The position numbers were made by a program, and so were the translations under genes. A stretch of DNA of 64,000 bases, from positions 3,104,001-3,168,000 of the forward strand of contig OY760183.1 in assembly GCA_963663275.1 (NCBI GenBank), written 5' to 3'. Below the pieces are notes generated by a model. It saw nothing but the letters and a program-made list of their open reading frames with translations. It was not told the origin of the DNA and searched no databases. Positions 60,127-64,000 of the stretch are shown here, piece by piece. This DNA comes from Chloroflexota bacterium. Lineage in GTDB: Bacteria; Chloroflexota; UBA11872; VXOZ01. Every line of letters starts with the position of its first letter. The first letter of the stretch is position 1.

Positions 60127-62093
60127 ACGCCGACACCAAACGCCGCATCGACACTGCCCGCGACATCCTGGTGGGCAAGGTGCCCGACCCCAAGAGCCAG
60201 GTGGAGCAGATCACCATCGCGCTCATCTACAAGTTCATGGACGACATCGACGCGGAAAGCGAAGAACTCGGCGGCCAGCGCAGTTTCTTTGCCGGCGAGT
60301 TCGCGCAATACGGCTGGGCCAGGCTCATGCGCTCCGGCCTGAGCGGTCACGAAGTGCTCAATCTCTATGGCGAGGCCATCACGCGCATGGCGGAGAACCC
60401 CGGCATTCCGCCGCTCTTCCGCACCATCTTCAACAACGCCTACCTGCCCTACCGCGATCCCGAGACCCTGCGCGCCTTCCTCAAGGTCGTCGACGAGTTC
60501 GTCTACGACCATTCCGAGCGGCTGGGGGACGCCTTCGAATATCTGCTCTCGGTGCTTGGTTCTCAAGGCGATGCGGGACAGTTCCGCACGCCGCGCCACA
60601 TCATCGACTTCATCGTGGCCGTCGTCGATCCCAAGAAGGACGAGACGGTCCTGGACCCGGCCTGCGGCACGGCCGGCTTCCTCATCTCGTCCTACAAGCA
60701 CATCCTGGCGGCCAACACCGGCGCGGACGGCGCCAGCGCCCTGACGCCGGATGAGAAAGCGCGGTTGGCCGCGAACTTCAAGGGCTACGACATCTCGCCC
60801 GACATGGTGCGCCTCTCGCTGGTCAACATGTATCTACACCAATTCGCCAATCCCCAGATCTTCGAGTACGACACCCTGACCAGCGACGAACGCTGGCACG
60901 AGTACGCCGACGTCATTCTGGCCAATCCGCCGTTCATGTCGCCCAAAGGCGGCATCCGGCCCCATAGCCGCTTCTCGGTGCGATCCAAGCGCAGCGAAGT
61001 CCTCTTTGTGGACTACATGGCCGAGCATCTGAGCCCCACCGGCCGCGCCGGCTTCATCGTGCCCGAGGGCATCATCTTCCAGAGCCAGAACGCCCACAAG
61101 CAACTGCGCAAAATGCTGGTGGAAGATAACCTGGTAGCCGTCGTCTCCCTCCCCGCCGGCGTCTTCAATCCGTATTCCGGCGTCAAGACCTCCATCCTCT
61201 TCCTGGATAGAACCCTCGCCACACAGACCGACCGCATCGCCTTCTTCAAGGTGGAAAACGACGGGTTCGACCTCGGGGCGCAGCGGAGACCTATAGATGA
61301 GAACGACCTGCCGGAAGTGCAGGAAGAACTATCCGAATACCTGCGCTGCCTGCGGGCAGGCGAGCACCTGGACGACCGCCGGCCCTCCAAAGGTTCAATT
61401 GTTGATAAGGTGAAGATAGCGGCGGATGAGGATTACAACCTAAGCGGAGAGCGGTACCGGCGACGTGCCGTGGGAACGCACACCCATCCATTAGCCAGGC
61501 TCGGCGATATCTGTACCATCAATCCCCGCAAGAGTCGGTTGAACGGCCTTGATCCAAACACGCGCGTCTCGTTTGTCCCCATGGCCGATCTCAATGAGTT
61601 CAGTTTGACCTTCTCTCCTGACAAGGAAAGACTGCTGTCTGAGGTTTCCTCAAGCTACACGTACTTTGAGGATAACGACGTTCTTCTCGCCAGGGTTACG
61701 CCGTGCTTTGAAAACGGCAAAGCCGGTATCGCTCGTGGCCTGACCAACGGCATTGGTTTCGGCTCCAGCGAGTTTCTCGTGTTTAGAAGTGGCGAGCGCG
61801 TCCTACCTGAGTGGATATTCTATTGCGTTACCCACGAGTCGTTTCGCAATTCCGCTACCGCGCAGATGACGGGCACGGGAGGCCTGCAACGTGTGCCGCG
61901 TGCCTATGTGGAGAACTTCCAAATCCCCCTCCCTCCGCTGGAAGTGCAAGAAGAGATCGTCGCCGAGATCGAGGGCTACCAAAAAGACATAGACGCCCAC
62001 CGTGAGCTAATCGAACGCTTCGAGCGAAAGATTCAGTCCGCCGTGGCGCGAGTATGGGGAGAGGACGTCTCCACCCAGAGAGATGCCCCGTAG
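60120..62093 (+). CDS. hsdM: Type I N6 DNA methyltransferase fused to a single-TRD specificity domain (HsdM-S)
   Basis: GQFRTP, DPACGTAGF, ANPPF; then TPCFENGK, GSSEF, GLQRV, IPLPPLEVQEEIV. Confidence 0.9.
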   Translation: MLDADTKRRIDTARDILVGKVPDPKSQVEQITIALIYKFMDDIDAESEELGGQRSFFAGEFAQYGWARLMRSGLSGHEVLNLYGEAITRMAENPGIPPLFRTIFNNAYLPYRDPETLRAFLKVVDEFVYDHSERLGDAFEYLLSVLGSQGDAGQFRTPRHIIDFIVAVVDPKKDETVLDPACGTAGFLISSYKHILAANTGADGASALTPDEKARLAANFKGYDISPDMVRLSLVNMYLHQFANPQIFEYDTLTSDERWHEYADVILANPPFMSPKGGIRPHSRFSVRSKRSEVLFVDYMAEHLSPTGRAGFIVPEGIIFQSQNAHKQLRKMLVEDNLVAVVSLPAGVFNPYSGVKTSILFLDRTLATQTDRIAFFKVENDGFDLGAQRRPIDENDLPEVQEELSEYLRCLRAGEHLDDRRPSKGSIVDKVKIAADEDYNLSGERYRRRAVGTHTHPLARLGDICTINPRKSRLNGLDPNTRVSFVPMADLNEFSLTFSPDKERLLSEVSSSYTYFEDNDVLLARVTPCFENGKAGIARGLTNGIGFGSSEFLVFRSGERVLPEWIFYCVTHESFRNSATAQMTGTGGLQRVPRAYVENFQIPLPPLEVQEEIVAEIEGYQKDIDAHRELIERFERKIQSAVARVWGEDVSTQRDAP

Positions 62094-62130
62094 GGCCGCC
62101 AGTTTGCGCCTGTTATTCCCCACATACCCC

Positions 62131-62384
62131 TTGCGCGAAACGCTATATCTGGTACACTGGTGAGGTATGCACCACACTCTGTGGTGTTTGTCTGCCAGTC
62201 CCGTCCTGTTCAGTTTCTCTCGCTTCAACCGCATACCGGCCATGCTGTGCATTGTAGATTCCCGCTGCTTTAGTGCGCCAATGGGAGCGGGGAGCTTGTG
62301 CGACAGGCCTGGCAAATACCCAGTGGGGTCTCTCCCCCAGTAGCAGTGGCGGCATCCGCCACATCCAAGTAAGGAGAATAGAAC
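62131..62384 (+). promoter_or_regulatory. Promoter and ~220-nt structured leader or candidate ncRNA upstream of the SIR2 gene
   Basis: TTGCGC (62131) and TGGTACACT (-10 at 62153); four stem-loops. Confidence 0.4.
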
Positions 62385-63467
62385 GTGATTCTCGTTTTCG
62401 CCGGCGCCGGCGCCTCGGCCGCGATCGACCCTGAACAATATCCAACTACAATCGAATTCTTCGAGCGAATCCCGGGTGACATCAAGAGTAACACTTGGTT
62501 TGTACACGCCTCTCAATTCCTGAGCAGCCGGCATGACGGTTTGCCTTTGGACATTGAAAAGATACTTGGCGCCTTGAGTGAGATGCGAGACTATTGCTTG
62601 CAGTCTTACCAAAACAGCAAGTTTTCTGGATGGATGCTGGCGGAGGGTCGCCTCTTGGACCTAGCAAATTCTCGCACAGTTTTTCGGACATTGACCAACT
62701 CTTCTCTAGGAGAATTCGTGCGTGAGATGGAAAATGAGCGTGCTCTGATCGAGGAATTGCAGGGCGACATACATTCTCTTGTATATCAATACTATGAGCC
62801 GGTGCCTCCCCCCGAAGCATTGGCGACTTGGATGACCCTAATCGAAACTCTCTTGCATCACAATCGTAGCCTGGAGATCTTCACGACGAACTATGACCGT
62901 GTGCTAGAAGAGGTTATCCTTGAAAGCAACCACACGTACCTCACTGTGCCTGATGCCGAGGAGTCGGCAACCGGCAAACGGTACGACCGCAGGCATCCGT
63001 GGCTGGACCTCTCGTGCTGGGATCCTCGGCGAGAGTCCCGGGACGCCCTTCGAGTGCGCCTAACCAAACTTCACGGCTCAGTCGAATGGCAACGCCATAC
63101 CAGCGGCAAGATAGTCATCAGCAACCCCGTCTACACAAGAAGCGACCAAAACCACATTCTCTTGTATCCCGGGCACAAAGGAGAGCCCAACAGGGAACCC
63201 TTCATCACCTTTCACAATCACCTCCGGTCGATCGTACTGCAGGCGGAGGCCGCCATCTTCATTGGCTATGCCTTTCGGGACGAGCATATCAATGGAATAC
63301 TCGCCAATCTTCCTCCCGATATCCCAATGTATCTCATCAACAAGGGGGAACGGCCAAGTCTCCCAGCATTCCTGGACGACGCGATCTACTTCGATAGTGG
63401 ATTTACAGACCAGTCCGTCGCAGAGTGCATAGACAGCCTGAGGAGTCTCAATCTCATCTCTGAATGA
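62385..63467 (+). CDS. SIR2-like domain protein (SIR2_2), probable defence NADase
   Basis: FAGAGAS, FTTNYD, KLHGS, FIGYAFRDEHIN. Confidence 0.85.
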   Translation: MILVFAGAGASAAIDPEQYPTTIEFFERIPGDIKSNTWFVHASQFLSSRHDGLPLDIEKILGALSEMRDYCLQSYQNSKFSGWMLAEGRLLDLANSRTVFRTLTNSSLGEFVREMENERALIEELQGDIHSLVYQYYEPVPPPEALATWMTLIETLLHHNRSLEIFTTNYDRVLEEVILESNHTYLTVPDAEESATGKRYDRRHPWLDLSCWDPRRESRDALRVRLTKLHGSVEWQRHTSGKIVISNPVYTRSDQNHILLYPGHKGEPNREPFITFHNHLRSIVLQAEAAIFIGYAFRDEHINGILANLPPDIPMYLINKGERPSLPAFLDDAIYFDSGFTDQSVAECIDSLRSLNLISE

Positions 63468-63548
63468 TCTTGTGTTGAGATAGCGCAGCGCGATGGCGCC
63501 TGCCTGCGCTGCGCCTACCCGCATCTTCAGCTACGCGAGCGGGCGCTG

Positions 63549-63965
63549 CTACTCTGCATTCCGCGCCTCCTGTTCCTCGGTCGGCCAGTGGCCGGGGACG
63601 GGGTAGGCTTCCTGTTCGCCCGGCCAGGGGGGCATGGTGACGATGATGAAGCGCAGGGGGCGCTTGCCGGTGTTCCGAAACTGAAAGCGCGCGCCCACCG
63701 GGATGGAGAAGCTGACGCCCGGGGCCATGTCCACAATGCGCTGCGCGCCGTCCAGCCGCCGCCAGACCTGGCCCGTGCCCTCCAGGCAGTACCAGACCTC
63801 CTCCACCGTGCGGTGCGCCACTGCCACGGACACCTGGCCGGGCGGCAGCGTGCAGTGCACCATGCTGCCGCGTCCCGTCTGCGCCAGCAGGCGGATCTCC
63901 GACCCATCCGGCGCCAGGACGTCGTAATCCGCCGCCAGGTGTTTGCGGTCCAGGTCTTCGTTCAT
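63549..63965 (-). CDS. Cupin domain protein
   Basis: APDGSEIR, HRTVEEVWY, FQFRN, TMPPWPG; GGAG SD before ATG at 63965. Confidence 0.85.
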   Translation of the reverse strand: MNEDLDRKHLAADYDVLAPDGSEIRLLAQTGRGSMVHCTLPPGQVSVAVAHRTVEEVWYCLEGTGQVWRRLDGAQRIVDMAPGVSFSIPVGARFQFRNTGKRPLRFIIVTMPPWPGEQEAYPVPGHWPTEEQEARNAE

Positions 63966-64000
63966 GCCGGTAAACTCCTCTCCCAAATACGGGCTTTCGT

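Noticed and set aside
62160-62370. Retron msr-msd
   Set aside because: No reverse transcriptase in the window; kept only as a generic structured RNA candidate

Overview
GC-rich bacterial DNA, probably Chloroflexota (inferred from gene context and Tat-lipoprotein binding proteins). No rRNA, tRNA or CRISPR array was found. 1-33 kb is mostly housekeeping and transport: a TAP-like hydrolase, gpsA, queA, pcrA, an Fe3+ ABC transporter, murG, rsmD, recG, a DAK2 protein, rpmB, tlyA, a PrsW-NHL fusion, a PHP protein, an FAD oxidoreductase and a solute-binding protein. 33.6-45.4 kb is a complete N-methylglutamate (methylamine) pathway (mgsABC, four sarcosine-oxidase-like subunits, gmaS) interrupted by an AT-richer ATPase+TOPRIM pair. 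47.6-63.5 kb is a defence island: VapBC, an orphan antitoxin, a second ATPase+TOPRIM pair, a Zn-ribbon/HEPN protein, a TIR protein bracketed by copies of the 3' end of a frameshifted fused R-M gene, HsdR with an HsdM-S fusion, and a SIR2 protein behind a long structured leader. Intergenic DNA is dense with REP-like palindromes. The most striking pattern is three MITE families with terminal inverted repeats and target-site duplications that carry REP palindromes and mostly insert into REP palindromes.
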